A program made the position numbers and the translations under genes. The notes under the pieces were generated by a model. It saw only the letters and a list, made by a program, of their open reading frames with translations, was not told where the DNA came from and did not search any database. From assembly GCF_041248615.1 (NCBI RefSeq), contig NZ_CP158425.1: a stretch of DNA of 64,000 nt; one strand, given 5' to 3'. Positions 30,071 through 40,602 of this stretch are shown piece by piece; position 1 is the stretch's first letter; each line of letters opens with the position of its first letter. The DNA comes from Escherichia coli (lineage in GTDB: Bacteria > Pseudomonadota > Gammaproteobacteria > Enterobacterales > Enterobacteriaceae).

Positions 30071-31568
30071 TGTAAATAAAAAATATTTACCAATACTTCC
30101 TGGACTTGCGTTATGTGCAGTTTTAAGTAATACAAATGCAAGCACTGAGTATCAACATGATGCTGACCTAATCGCTCAGCAAGCAAAAGGGCTTGGCGCT
30201 CAGGCTAAAGGTGCACAGCAGCCAGATGGGGCTCTTAGCCTTGATGCTACGCTAAATTCACCAGATGTGCAGAAGTACATTGCGCAAGCTGAAGCACTCA
30301 AAAAAAACCAGGACCTGAGCAGGCAAACAAACCGTGGTTACGTGCCCGGTATGAATGCGGATAGTGTTCAAGCAGTTATAGACCATACCCAGGCTATAAG
30401 GGCCCAAAGTAATAACTCTGATGCTGTCAACGATATAATTAGAAGACGTGATGAAATTCAGGAAAACGCCAGCCTTAATGAAGCGGCTCTGAAAGCTGTG
30501 GAAAATAAGCCGGAAGTCATGCGAGGACAATCTAAAAATATCGAAAAATTGTTTGGTTCCTCGGGCATCACAGCTGCTGACTTCGAAAGAAAAATGGATA
30601 GCACACGTGAAGAAGCACTATCAACTGAAAATGGTATAACGATCTTTGCTTCATTTAGCTTACCGGATTATGTACTGGAAGACCTTTTACGTACGGCCTC
30701 AGAGCATAAAGCTCGTGTAGTTTTCAATGGTCTAAAGAAAGGAACTACTCGGCTACCAGAGACACAGGCAGCAATAAACCAAATGATTGTCAAAGGAAAA
30801 TTTGAATCTCCTTTGATTACAATTGATCCTGATAGCTTCAGTCAGTATCAAGTAACTCAAGTACCGACAATTATTTCTCGGGAGCAAGCTCGTTTTGCAA
30901 AAATGGTAGGGTCCTTCAACGTTGAGTTTTTTCAGCGAGAACTTGCTAAAAAACCCGATCAGGACATTTTTCCTGTTGCTGGTACGATTTATCCCGTTGA
31001 AGAAAAGAGCATCATTAAAGAACTGGAAGAACGCGCACAAAAATATGACTGGGAAGGTGCAAAAAAAAGGGCCGTTGCGGACACCTGGAAAAATCAATGG
31101 ATGGTCGATCTCCCTCCTGCCCAGGAACACAAAGAATTTTTAATTGACCCTACAGTGAGGGTCACTCAGGACGTAAAAGATAAGCAGGGCCGTGTAATAG
31201 CTTCCGCCGGTGAGTTGATTAATCCACTTTCGAGATTTCCTCAAAACCTGACGATGATAATTTTCGATCCACTCAATCCGGGCCAGCTGGTATGGGCTGA
31301 GCAGCAGTATCGACAACGTCTGGGTAGTGGAAAAGTAATGCCAATGTTTACCCGTATCCAAAAAGATAATGGATGGGATCACCTAAATGATTTACGTGAA
31401 AAATTTAACGGTAAGGTGTTTAAAGTAAACGAACAGATTATCTCACGCTTTCAGATTAAAAATACACCTGCGCTTATAACTACTGACCAAGATAAATTCC
31501 GGATCACCCTGTTTAGCGAGGCAGAAGTCCGTGGAATCGGAGCCCCAAATCTTTCAGAGGAAAAATAA
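30045..31568 (+). CDS. trhW: TraW-like pilus assembly protein
   Basis: 507 aa with signal peptide; operon position between the peptidase-like and TraU-like genes. Confidence 0.5.
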   Translation: MGKHMRSFNVNKKYLPILPGLALCAVLSNTNASTEYQHDADLIAQQAKGLGAQAKGAQQPDGALSLDATLNSPDVQKYIAQAEALKKNQDLSRQTNRGYVPGMNADSVQAVIDHTQAIRAQSNNSDAVNDIIRRRDEIQENASLNEAALKAVENKPEVMRGQSKNIEKLFGSSGITAADFERKMDSTREEALSTENGITIFASFSLPDYVLEDLLRTASEHKARVVFNGLKKGTTRLPETQAAINQMIVKGKFESPLITIDPDSFSQYQVTQVPTIISREQARFAKMVGSFNVEFFQRELAKKPDQDIFPVAGTIYPVEEKSIIKELEERAQKYDWEGAKKRAVADTWKNQWMVDLPPAQEHKEFLIDPTVRVTQDVKDKQGRVIASAGELINPLSRFPQNLTMIIFDPLNPGQLVWAEQQYRQRLGSGKVMPMFTRIQKDNGWDHLNDLREKFNGKVFKVNEQIISRFQIKNTPALITTDQDKFRITLFSEAEVRGIGAPNLSEEK

Positions 31569-31706
31569 TATGAAACTCGGATTTATTATAGGCGCTCTCT
31601 TTGCAACATGGCTGACGCTAAATTATCCGGACCAGATGAGAAGTTATTTTACCAAAGCCGTCGACTATATCGAAAGTGTTGCAACATTTATTACATCCAA
31701 GTGAGC

Positions 31707-32768
31707 ATGATGGTGAAAAAATTCAAAAAGTTACTTTTAGAGTTCATTGTAGCAGTTATGCTTTCGCTTTCTATACCTGGTATGGCTATGGCAGCAGATG
31801 CTGGAGTCCCTGGGGCTATGTGTCAGTCAGCTGGAGTGTGGCAGGGCTTGATTAAGAATATCTGTTGGAGCTGCATTTTTCCCATGAGGATAATGGGCAT
31901 AGGGGCTGCTCCAGAAGGCGCTGCACCTTCACGTCCGGGTTGCTACTGCACAGATCAGAACGGCGTACCGGAAATAGGTTGGCAATTGAGCTTCTTTCAG
32001 CCGGTGAAGATTGTAGAAGTTGTAAAGAGCCCCTGGTGCAGCCCCTTTCTTGAAGGCACGATGCTTCAAAAATCGCAGTTTGATATTGGTAAAAGCAACA
32101 CTAATCAGCCAATGACAGCAACTGAAGCCGGATTTTACGATGTTCATCTTTGGGAGTTCCCAATCATGACAATGCTCAAATTACTGATTATTGGCGAGTG
32201 CACTGCTGAACCCTATATAGATGCCAGCCTGACCTATATAAGCGAAGTGGACCCTATGTGGGAAAGTGATCTGCTTACACTCGTCCTGAATCCCGAGGCA
32301 GTAGTTTTTGCAAACCCAATTGCCTCAATGGTGTGCGCTGCTGACTGTGTAGCAGTAACAGCAGGAAAGGATAATCTCGCTGCATACTTTTGTGCCGGAT
32401 GCGATGGCAACCTTTACCCATTAACCGGCCACATTTACGCAAATGATGACGCTGTAAGGACGAGTTCACTGATTACCCAGCGTCTTCTGACAAAACTACA
32501 TCGCCAAGGCATGCTGATGCGAACGATGGGAGCAGACGCAATGTGTGAGAAAACGTGGGAATACTTTACACCACGTTCCCAGTATCGGCTTTCAATGCTT
32601 TTCCCTACTCCTGAGGCGAAGGGACCGGATTGCTGTCATCGTCTTGGTGATTCGGTACACGACTGGTCAACCCTTAAAGGTGGGCGCAAAAAAATAGGCA
32701 ACGATAATTATGTCTATATGTTGTGGCGTTACAATGACTGTTGTGTTCGCTACGTTCCAGGTGTTTGA
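31707..32768 (+). CDS. trhU: TraU-like protein (ORF track extends to 31608; signal peptide begins at MMVKKFKK)
   Basis: Signal peptide then a Cys-rich periplasmic domain (more than 15 Cys), as expected for F-type TraU. Confidence 0.55.
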   Translation: MMVKKFKKLLLEFIVAVMLSLSIPGMAMAADAGVPGAMCQSAGVWQGLIKNICWSCIFPMRIMGIGAAPEGAAPSRPGCYCTDQNGVPEIGWQLSFFQPVKIVEVVKSPWCSPFLEGTMLQKSQFDIGKSNTNQPMTATEAGFYDVHLWEFPIMTMLKLLIIGECTAEPYIDASLTYISEVDPMWESDLLTLVLNPEAVVFANPIASMVCAADCVAVTAGKDNLAAYFCAGCDGNLYPLTGHIYANDDAVRTSSLITQRLLTKLHRQGMLMRTMGADAMCEKTWEYFTPRSQYRLSMLFPTPEAKGPDCCHRLGDSVHDWSTLKGGRKKIGNDNYVYMLWRYNDCCVRYVPGV

Positions 32769-32786
32769 TTTCTAAGGAGAAAATAA

Positions 32787-35700
32787 GTGAAACTTAGAAA
32801 AACAATCACCTCAGCGATTATTGCATCAATGGTTGCCAATACTATGAGTTGGGCTTTTTATGTCACACTCATAAACATGGTAATGACACCACGTGTTTAC
32901 GCTGCTGACGCTATATTTGACCAGCTCGAAAATAATTTTAACCTTGCAAATCCTAACGCAAATCGCAATGCAACCACCAGTGCTCAGGACATTGTGGAGA
33001 AATACAAGAACGCGGATTCAGGCGAGAATGTCAGTGGGAAGATCACCGAGAAATACGTGGGTAAAGCCGAATCCGCTAATCTTAATCTCGGGAAGTATGG
33101 GGCAGGGAACTCTAATGAAAGTGTCATGAAAAATGCCGCATCCGATGGAAAGTCTATTGGTAGCGCCGTACAACTGCCGAGTATGTCTGGAGGGACAATC
33201 AATTCAAACTACACCAAGGAAGGGGCAAAGCTGCTCTCTCGTGATGCTAATGGCAACATTGGTATAAGCAGTAATCCCAATACTACTCCTGGAACCAAAA
33301 CAAATACGGGAGAGATTTTCAGCTCAGAGCAAAAGCACAGCGATATAAAGTTCAACGCCGCAGATCGTTATGGGGATGAGGATGGCTTTGTTAACGATAT
33401 AAAGAATCGGAAAAGCCAGTTATTTGATGCTCAAAGTTATGATGGCGTTGCCTACCGCACCCTCGTAAATGCTAACAAGGACAACCCGGCATCGTCTGTA
33501 AAGCCTAACGATCCCATGTTTACTGCGGGGAGAAATGAGATAACCAATGCTGTTGCTGGTACTGGAAACTGGCTTCAGAACTGTAATGTTGAGACCTCCA
33601 AAAAAACAGTAACCACACACTATCCTGATTACAAAGAGTTCTACTGTAACTCGCCTAAGCAAGATAACTTCAGCAGCTGCACGATAACTCGTGACTTCTC
33701 TGTTCCTGTATACATTTCAGGCGGAAACGGAGACATGTCGATGTGCGGCGATAATTGTGTGCGTATATGGTTTGGTCGCCGTGATGACAACTACTGGAGT
33801 GACGGGGTATTTGATAACGAACTGACATTAAAATTCCATCCGGATGCAAAATTGGCCTCAGCAAAGATTGTTAACGCGGAGTGGGATGACCACATGCGGG
33901 TAACACTTGATGGCACGCAGATTTTTGCTCACATAGATGGTGCATATCGAGAAAGTGACTATCCGGCTCCAAAGGGATCTTGGGAGTTAAAAAAATCGTG
34001 GAAACTCGACAAAGTATACGATGTAACTGAAAAGGTCAGAAAATCAGTTTATGAAGAACCTGATCGTGAAGTGACAATGGCATCCAGAGTCTGGGTTGGT
34101 GGGGGAGGTGAAGGGTACTTTGAGGTTGAGCTGACGTTTGAAAATATGAAGCTCGAAGATAAGCACGTCCAGGAACCAGCTGGTTGTTACGATGCTGTAC
34201 AAACACCAAATACATTCTGCCGTTTCGATCGGTTTAAAGATATGGATGTTGGCACGAAGCGGCTTCCGGAAAGCGTGCTTTCTATGGCAAAGCCGCTGTA
34301 TGAAGGCGATAAAGGCTTTCTTACCTGGAAGACTAACCTTGAAGGCTATTTTTGTGATCCATTGGCTAAAGACAAGATTTGCTCTTATGACGCTAGTGGG
34401 AAAATTATGAAAGACGCTAATGGAAAGGACCTCTGTTACAACTACGAAGAAATTAAGAGTATGCCTGATGCATGTAGTTCTTATAAAAATGATGCAGCAT
34501 GTGTACTCGATAAACAAACATGTGCAGAGGGTTGGTTCGATGAGGGCACTAACAGCTGCTACATGTATGAACAGAAATACACCTGTGACAGAGGTAAGGA
34601 TGTAGTTCGTGAGGTTGAATCTTCTACAAATGCCTGTGTTGGCATGATCCCATGTTCTGGAGGAACATGCGAAACTGGGCCAAAGGAAGAGAACAACGAT
34701 TTTGGAAAAGTTGCGGCTTATTCAAACATGGTTCAGTACATGCAGGGCGAAGCCAAATGCGAAGACCCTAACGATGCCAATTCCTGTTCTGTCTTTGAAG
34801 GAAAACCTGAATGGTGTGGTCGTTCAGTAGGCTTTGTAAATGGCCTGGCAAAGACGGACTGCTGCGAAGCACCGCAGGGAACCGCAGGAGCACTTGAAGG
34901 TATCATGCTTGCCGGATCTATGATCAGAAACACTAACTGGACCAGAGTTAATGCTCAGCTAATAAAATGGACCGGCGGTGATACAGGTACATGGGCTTCT
35001 ATGTCCAATGCGGTCGGTGAGTGGACTGCATCAGCTGGTAAAACAGTAGGGCAAATGTGGAACAATGTCACGAGCTCCTTAACGAGCGTATATGAAAACG
35101 TCGCTGGTAATCTAAGCAGGGCAGTTGGGTCTTCCGCAACTTCTGGAGGGGCAGGAGGTGCTGGCCAGTTGGCACAGGAAACAATGTCCAGCTTCGGTAT
35201 AGGTCAGCTTAAGCAGATGGCAATGAAGAAAGCCTACGAATTGCTACCAGATACAGTTCGAGACTTTGTCTTTAAGAACGTTGCTACTACCGGAGGAGAG
35301 GTTGTCTTCTCGGCTGCGGTTCAAAACTTTATGCTTGCATTAAACGTGATCGGTTGGATTTATACAGCCTATCAGGTCACTAAAATGCTTTTAGAAATGT
35401 TGGTAGCATGCGACCAGAAAGAGATGGAAGCTTCTATTCATAAGAATCAAAAATCCTGTTTTACATTAGATACGGAACGATGCGTCAAATATCTGAATGT
35501 TGGTTTCACAAAGAAATGCGTTAAAAAAGCAACAGACATGTGCTGTTATAATTCCATGTTGTCACGCGTTATTATGCAACAAGCTTATCCGCAATTAGGA
35601 ATAGACCCTGTCGCCTCTAATTGCGTGGGGCTATCAATAAAGCAAATACAGCAACTGGATTTCGATAAAATTGATCTGACGGAGTGGATTAATGATGCAG

Positions 35701-35975
35701 TTCAGGTAGGAGAAGTTCCTGATCAATATTCAAAATTCTCCGAAGAATCAATTGTGGAAAACTTACCATTCCAGAATGAGAACTATCAACTTCCATCAGA
35801 ACGTACCAAGGAAGCAATGGGCGGTGAAGAAAATATGATAAAGGCCAGACAAGAAAATGCTCAGGCTATAAAAGAGGAAAATGTAGATTGTAGCTATTTA
35901 CCTCGACCGGCCATATGTGAGGTAGGTTCAACTACGCTGGATCCGGTTACGGGCAAGCAGTTGCCGAAATATTGA
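32787..35975 (+). CDS. trhN: TraN-like mating-pair-stabilisation outer-membrane protein
   Basis: 1062 aa; GTG start with strong RBS (AAGGAGA); very Cys-rich C-terminal half; last gene of the operon. Confidence 0.6.
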   Translation: MKLRKTITSAIIASMVANTMSWAFYVTLINMVMTPRVYAADAIFDQLENNFNLANPNANRNATTSAQDIVEKYKNADSGENVSGKITEKYVGKAESANLNLGKYGAGNSNESVMKNAASDGKSIGSAVQLPSMSGGTINSNYTKEGAKLLSRDANGNIGISSNPNTTPGTKTNTGEIFSSEQKHSDIKFNAADRYGDEDGFVNDIKNRKSQLFDAQSYDGVAYRTLVNANKDNPASSVKPNDPMFTAGRNEITNAVAGTGNWLQNCNVETSKKTVTTHYPDYKEFYCNSPKQDNFSSCTITRDFSVPVYISGGNGDMSMCGDNCVRIWFGRRDDNYWSDGVFDNELTLKFHPDAKLASAKIVNAEWDDHMRVTLDGTQIFAHIDGAYRESDYPAPKGSWELKKSWKLDKVYDVTEKVRKSVYEEPDREVTMASRVWVGGGGEGYFEVELTFENMKLEDKHVQEPAGCYDAVQTPNTFCRFDRFKDMDVGTKRLPESVLSMAKPLYEGDKGFLTWKTNLEGYFCDPLAKDKICSYDASGKIMKDANGKDLCYNYEEIKSMPDACSSYKNDAACVLDKQTCAEGWFDEGTNSCYMYEQKYTCDRGKDVVREVESSTNACVGMIPCSGGTCETGPKEENNDFGKVAAYSNMVQYMQGEAKCEDPNDANSCSVFEGKPEWCGRSVGFVNGLAKTDCCEAPQGTAGALEGIMLAGSMIRNTNWTRVNAQLIKWTGGDTGTWASMSNAVGEWTASAGKTVGQMWNNVTSSLTSVYENVAGNLSRAVGSSATSGGAGGAGQLAQETMSSFGIGQLKQMAMKKAYELLPDTVRDFVFKNVATTGGEVVFSAAVQNFMLALNVIGWIYTAYQVTKMLLEMLVACDQKEMEASIHKNQKSCFTLDTERCVKYLNVGFTKKCVKKATDMCCYNSMLSRVIMQQAYPQLGIDPVASNCVGLSIKQIQQLDFDKIDLTEWINDAVQVGEVPDQYSKFSEESIVENLPFQNENYQLPSERTKEAMGGEENMIKARQENAQAIKEENVDCSYLPRPAICEVGSTTLDPVTGKQLPKY

Positions 35976-35979
35976 AGAA

Positions 35980-36001
35980 GGGGCCGTTAGGCCCCTTTTT
36001 T
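35980..36001. terminator. Bidirectional terminator between TraN-like (+) and the lipoprotein gene (-)
   Basis: GGGGCC gtta GGCCCC hairpin followed by 6 T. Confidence 0.6.
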
Positions 36002-36003
36002 AA

Positions 36004-36876
36004 TTACTTGGCTTTCAATGTTTTTTCTGGGAAGCCTTTTTTACCGTATTCACCGGTAAAGAGGTAATAATCTTTTCCGTTGATGGAGGCTGCAACACCC
36101 CCTGGAGTTGTTGTATTTGGGCTATCAGAACGGAAAATGATACCCGAAAAATCAGCGCTTGTTTCGTTTCCTTTAAATGGGATGAACACATAACGAATTA
36201 CAGCGTAATCACCAGCGGGAAGGTTTAGCTGAGGAATTTCGGTTCCTGTTGCGGGGCGAATCGCCTGAAAGCTGTACATTGAATCTGTAGGGAAAACATC
36301 AGCATCAGGCTTAGAGGGCAGATCACAGGTACTCCATTTATTGACGACTGCCATATCAATTTTACATGTGGCCAGAGCTGCTTTCTGTTTTTCAGGGTTG
36401 TATCCAAATGAGGCCTGAGTTGCTTTTGTATGCTCAAAAACATACTTAGCTCCTTCACGTACCAAACTTTCATCATTGTAAGGCAATTTTTTTGGATTGG
36501 GGACGAACACTAGGTATTGATTGACCTGGATGTATTCGGCGTCAGAAGAACTGTACAAAGAGCCGAGGCTCATGATCCCAAAACCTTTTAGACCGCCTGT
36601 TACGTAGCCCATCGAACTATTGATGAGATACTTAGAAAGAAAGTTGTCGGCATCCCCTCCAGGAGTAACCTCTTGCTCCTTAAAATTAACGTCGAAACCA
36701 GCAAACGAATAGGCATTCTTGGCGACAGAATCATTTGCTTTAGCATGCCAGTACTGGCCGTGACTGTACGCATTCAGAGCGGTGCCTGGCGTAGTGCCGG
36801 TGTCACCGGCACAACCCGATAGGGAAAAACCAATGACGACAGAAGAGACCAGAGATACTAAACGTAAAAGTTTCAT
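36004..36876 (-). CDS. Hypothetical lipoprotein
   Basis: 290 aa; lipobox LSGCAG after the signal peptide. Confidence 0.5.
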   Translation of the reverse strand: MKLLRLVSLVSSVVIGFSLSGCAGDTGTTPGTALNAYSHGQYWHAKANDSVAKNAYSFAGFDVNFKEQEVTPGGDADNFLSKYLINSSMGYVTGGLKGFGIMSLGSLYSSSDAEYIQVNQYLVFVPNPKKLPYNDESLVREGAKYVFEHTKATQASFGYNPEKQKAALATCKIDMAVVNKWSTCDLPSKPDADVFPTDSMYSFQAIRPATGTEIPQLNLPAGDYAVIRYVFIPFKGNETSADFSGIIFRSDSPNTTTPGGVAASINGKDYYLFTGEYGKKGFPEKTLKAK

Positions 36877-37055
36877 TTAAAGCCCTTTTTGTAATGTCTT
36901 TTGGAGATGGAACCATTATTCCATAGTCACGCGTTTCACAAACAACCTGATTGCATAAAAAAGGAAAAAAAGTGATTTCCAGTAGAACCAGCAGTACACA
37001 AGAAAAGCGCTTTTATAAAAATGTATAATTATTAAAACGAAGTAATGAGGTTGAA

Positions 37056-38840
37056 ATGGGTAAGCCAACAGAAGAGCAAAGACCTGTTATCGAGAATGCT
37101 AGCGCAAACAATATGGTGATAGCAGCGCCTGGATCAGGCAAATCATTCACCATGATAGAAGCGGTTATATCGATTCTCAAAAAGTATCCATATGCAAGAA
37201 TCGGGATGGTGACCTTTACTCGCGCTGCAACAAACGCACTTGCAGCAAAGTTACAAAAGCGATTGAGCAAGAAGGATCTTGACCGGGTGCTGGTGGATAC
37301 TTTTCACGGACTCGTTAAGAAGCAACTGGACATGATTCGCTGGCCGGGAAAGATGTTGATAGGGCCAGCACAGAGATCTGTCATTCACCGGGCTTTGAAA
37401 GAATCCGGTGTAACGATGAAGTTTGCTGAAGCTGAATTCGTTATTGATGCTATCGGCAGAGAAATGGATACGGATGTGATTTCAGTTCGGCATAACAGAC
37501 AACAGATCCATTTATTTAATACCTATCAGGCGTTATGCCAGAAAGACCATGTGGCGGACCTCAATGCTCTTTCAAAATTTGTTGTCGGTCAAATGCATTC
37601 GGGAAAAATGCGCACGTTAGATTTGACACATTTGATAGTAGACGAAGTTCAGGATACTGACTCTATACAATTCTCATGGATAGCATTGCATACAAGAGCT
37701 GGAGTCTATACGAGTATAGTTGGAGACGATGATCAGGCCATCTACTCCTTCAGATCCTCAGGAGGAGTCAAAATATTTCAACAGTTTGAAAAACACTTCA
37801 GACCTAACATATTTTACTTAAACACATGCTTTAGGTGTGAACCTGAAATTTTAGAGGTGGCCGGAGCACTGATAGGAAAGAATGTTTACCGTTATGCCAA
37901 AGAGTTACGCTCGGCAAAAAAGGGAGGAGGAAAGGTCACTTTTCGTTCATATGTAGATATGGAGGAACAGATACAGGGTATTTTAAGCCTTATAAATCAG
38001 GATCCACATGGATGGGCAATTCTAAGCCGCAATAATGCTCACTTGGATGAGCTAGAAAGTTTGATCGAACAGCCAGTAATTCGTTACGGAGGTAAATCAT
38101 TCTGGGATGAAAAAGAAACAAGCGATGTGTTAAGCCTTATGGCCTTTTTCCGACAATCAAATGATCCTCGCTTAATGAAGAGAGTATTGGCATTGTTTGG
38201 AGAACAGGAATCAGTTTTGGATGATGTGGCATTGAGTATGAGAGGAAGAAAAGTTACTTTTGGCGACCTTGCCATCCCGGAGGACAGTTCTCTCGAAACA
38301 AAAACATTACATTCAAACTTCGTGCGCTTTACCCAGGAAAGTACTGATAAAGTTGAGATAGCAAAACGTTTCGCCAACCTTACGAAATGGATGGAATCGT
38401 CGTCAATCAAGATGAGGAGTAATAAAGGTACAGCAACCTTAACAAAAATTGCTTTAGACACTTGTAAACAGTGGGCAGAAAAGACTGGTTGGATGAATAT
38501 GATCAATCGTGCTGCTGCAATGTCATTAGGCCCTAGGAAGAAGGACGAGGAATACAGCCCAGAGAAAGTAGTCCTATCAACCTTGCATGGTTCAAAGGGT
38601 CTTGAGTGGAATAAAGTAATAATAATGAGTTGTAATGCGGATCAGATACCAAGTAAAAGATCAGTTGGGGAGGAGGCAATAGAAGAAGAAAGACGTTTGC
38701 TTTATGTTGGATTTACGCGTGCAGAAAAGCAACTTTTTGTAATGTGGTATGGTGACCCTTCTTTCTTTTTAAGAGAATGCAGTGAAGAAAAGATAAAAGA
38801 AGCAGCTAATATTCGAATTTCTCCAGTTTATACAGAATAA
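37056..38840 (+). CDS. UvrD/Rep-family (SF1) DNA helicase
   Basis: 594 aa; Walker A (AAPGSGKSF), DExx (LIVDEVQDT), and C-terminal UvrD motifs (STLHGSKGLEW, VGFTRAEKQL). Confidence 0.75.
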   Translation: MGKPTEEQRPVIENASANNMVIAAPGSGKSFTMIEAVISILKKYPYARIGMVTFTRAATNALAAKLQKRLSKKDLDRVLVDTFHGLVKKQLDMIRWPGKMLIGPAQRSVIHRALKESGVTMKFAEAEFVIDAIGREMDTDVISVRHNRQQIHLFNTYQALCQKDHVADLNALSKFVVGQMHSGKMRTLDLTHLIVDEVQDTDSIQFSWIALHTRAGVYTSIVGDDDQAIYSFRSSGGVKIFQQFEKHFRPNIFYLNTCFRCEPEILEVAGALIGKNVYRYAKELRSAKKGGGKVTFRSYVDMEEQIQGILSLINQDPHGWAILSRNNAHLDELESLIEQPVIRYGGKSFWDEKETSDVLSLMAFFRQSNDPRLMKRVLALFGEQESVLDDVALSMRGRKVTFGDLAIPEDSSLETKTLHSNFVRFTQESTDKVEIAKRFANLTKWMESSSIKMRSNKGTATLTKIALDTCKQWAEKTGWMNMINRAAAMSLGPRKKDEEYSPEKVVLSTLHGSKGLEWNKVIIMSCNADQIPSKRSVGEEAIEEERRLLYVGFTRAEKQLFVMWYGDPSFFLRECSEEKIKEAANIRISPVYTE

Positions 38841-39234
38841 TTCGATATGGGCATTTACTTATGCTTAAAGCTATAGTATAAAAACAATGAGCTTAAATAT
38901 CAGCTCCCAAATTTGAGTAACTTTGCTTAAAGTTACTTTCGCGTTAAGCGTTGATTTAGCCGTGAAAAGCGGCCAGCTTAAACAAGCTGTAAGACACCAC
39001 CGGCAAAATGTCACCTTTGTCGCTGGTGCACTTCCCATGCCTGAAAAAGGCAATCTGAATTTACCAAACCGTAACTAATTTAGCTCCTCCTGGAGCTATT
39101 TTTGTTGCGTACTTCTAATGCCAGATAGTATAAATCAGGCGGTTCATAGCTTACGGGAGATGAATGACAGGCTTTGCCTTCGTGTTGAAACAAAAAATTG
39201 TTTCTTCCTTCTTACTATATATAGGTGACCCCAA

Positions 39235-40107
39235 ATGTCTAAAAATAAAGCTCGCAGTAAAGCCCTTCATCAAACCTTTAGTGAAATTATTCCAGAGATG
39301 GATAAGGCGCTAAACAAACAGCTCTTAGAAGTTCTGATGAAATATACAGAACGTGATAATGAACTGATTGTTATTTTGAATGAGGACGGCCCAAATATCA
39401 TTGAACTTAAGTCTCTTAAGCCTGTGTCTTTGTTGGCCGAAAAGCTTTCTGCTTATTCAAGCTATTATCATGTGGATGTTGTGGAGCTCGTGGTCAAGAA
39501 AATTGATTTCGAAGGAGCTTATAAGCTTCTTAAAGCTTCCCCAGATGTACCACTTTTTAAAAGCTTAACTGAACTGGATAAATATCTTGTTGAGGAGTTT
39601 GAAAAATACGGATTAAATTCATTTCTTGACGTGGATAATCTGGATTACTCACTTGAAAAAGCCAGTGAACTCAAAAATGAGCAGTTAATAAATTGGGTTT
39701 CGGACATCATTTGCAAACGTGAAAAATTAACTTTACGTAAGCGTTTTGATGTCGCAGTAAAGGCCCACTACGAAAATGTAGAAAAAATGTATGATACCAT
39801 TCGTCCGTTAATGAAAAAACTGGGTTTCCCAGAAGATCTCATGACGCACACCTTTAGTGAGTTAAGCGTTTTTGAAACTAAAGGATGGGACCATGCAATA
39901 AAATCGAAAATTGAGACTCTCGCTAAGCGTGAAACTCAATATTTAGATGATGCGGCTAAAGCAGAGAATCGACGTCTTGTAACAGAGAAGTTGGAGAACT
40001 CTTTAGCGATTGCACCAACTAAACCAACAAGAAATTGGTTACATATTGCCGGAATTGCCTGTTTGGTAGTCTGCACGTTCATGTATGTAACTAATAAATT
40101 TATTTAA
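39235..40107 (+). CDS. Hypothetical tail-anchored protein
   Basis: 290 aa, mostly charged/helical, with a single C-terminal TM (WLHIAGIACLVVCTFMYV). Confidence 0.4.
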   Translation: MSKNKARSKALHQTFSEIIPEMDKALNKQLLEVLMKYTERDNELIVILNEDGPNIIELKSLKPVSLLAEKLSAYSSYYHVDVVELVVKKIDFEGAYKLLKASPDVPLFKSLTELDKYLVEEFEKYGLNSFLDVDNLDYSLEKASELKNEQLINWVSDIICKREKLTLRKRFDVAVKAHYENVEKMYDTIRPLMKKLGFPEDLMTHTFSELSVFETKGWDHAIKSKIETLAKRETQYLDDAAKAENRRLVTEKLENSLAIAPTKPTRNWLHIAGIACLVVCTFMYVTNKFI

Positions 40108-40164
40108 TCCTGTTAAGGGGGAACCCTAACGGGGCTTCTCTTTGAACAAATCGAGGAGCGGAAA

Positions 40165-40542
40165 ATGTCATATCTTGAATATATCAATGAAGTAAAAGTG
40201 TCCGGGATAGTTATCAGTGCTGTGGAGAAAAAAATGACTGACCAGAGTATAGGTTTGTTAATAAAGCTCAAAAATAGGATGAAGACAGAAGTTGATGGTG
40301 AAATCACTGAGAGAGAATTTTCAGTTCAAATCAAGGTGTCGCCTGAAATGTATTCAACCTGTTTCACTGGTATAAATCAGGGTGATGAGTTGATGGTCTC
40401 CGGTTATATTGTTGTCGATACTATTATGATTGAAGGGAGAGAACATCCTCTTGACTACATGAGAGTGGTAGCAACAAGTAAGTTGGCTCACATACCTAAA
40501 CCTCTAAAAGGTTTTGGACAAAGTAGCTTTAATCAGATCTGA
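40165..40542 (+). CDS. Hypothetical small protein; possible OB-fold ssDNA-binding protein (weak)
   Basis: 125 aa; alternating beta-strand pattern reminiscent of SSB/PriB; no firm motif. Confidence 0.3.
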   Translation: MSYLEYINEVKVSGIVISAVEKKMTDQSIGLLIKLKNRMKTEVDGEITEREFSVQIKVSPEMYSTCFTGINQGDELMVSGYIVVDTIMIEGREHPLDYMRVVATSKLAHIPKPLKGFGQSSFNQI

Positions 40543-40562
40543 CATTAAACCCACCCTAAAGG

Positions 40563-40593
40563 GGAGAAATCCCTTCATGGGATTTCTCCTTTT
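40563..40593 (+). terminator. GC-clamped hairpin plus T-run 10 nt upstream of the next start codon
   Basis: GGAGAAATCCC ttcat GGGATTTCTCC then TTTT. Confidence 0.5.
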
Positions 40594-40602
40594 GGAGTCC
40601 CC

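Noticed and set aside
38871-39053. 60-aa minus-strand ORF in the helicase-downstream intergenic region
   Set aside because: Minimum-length ORF with no RBS in a region better explained as terminator/promoter sequence (AGTAACTTT gctt AAAGTTACT hairpin at 38916-38936).
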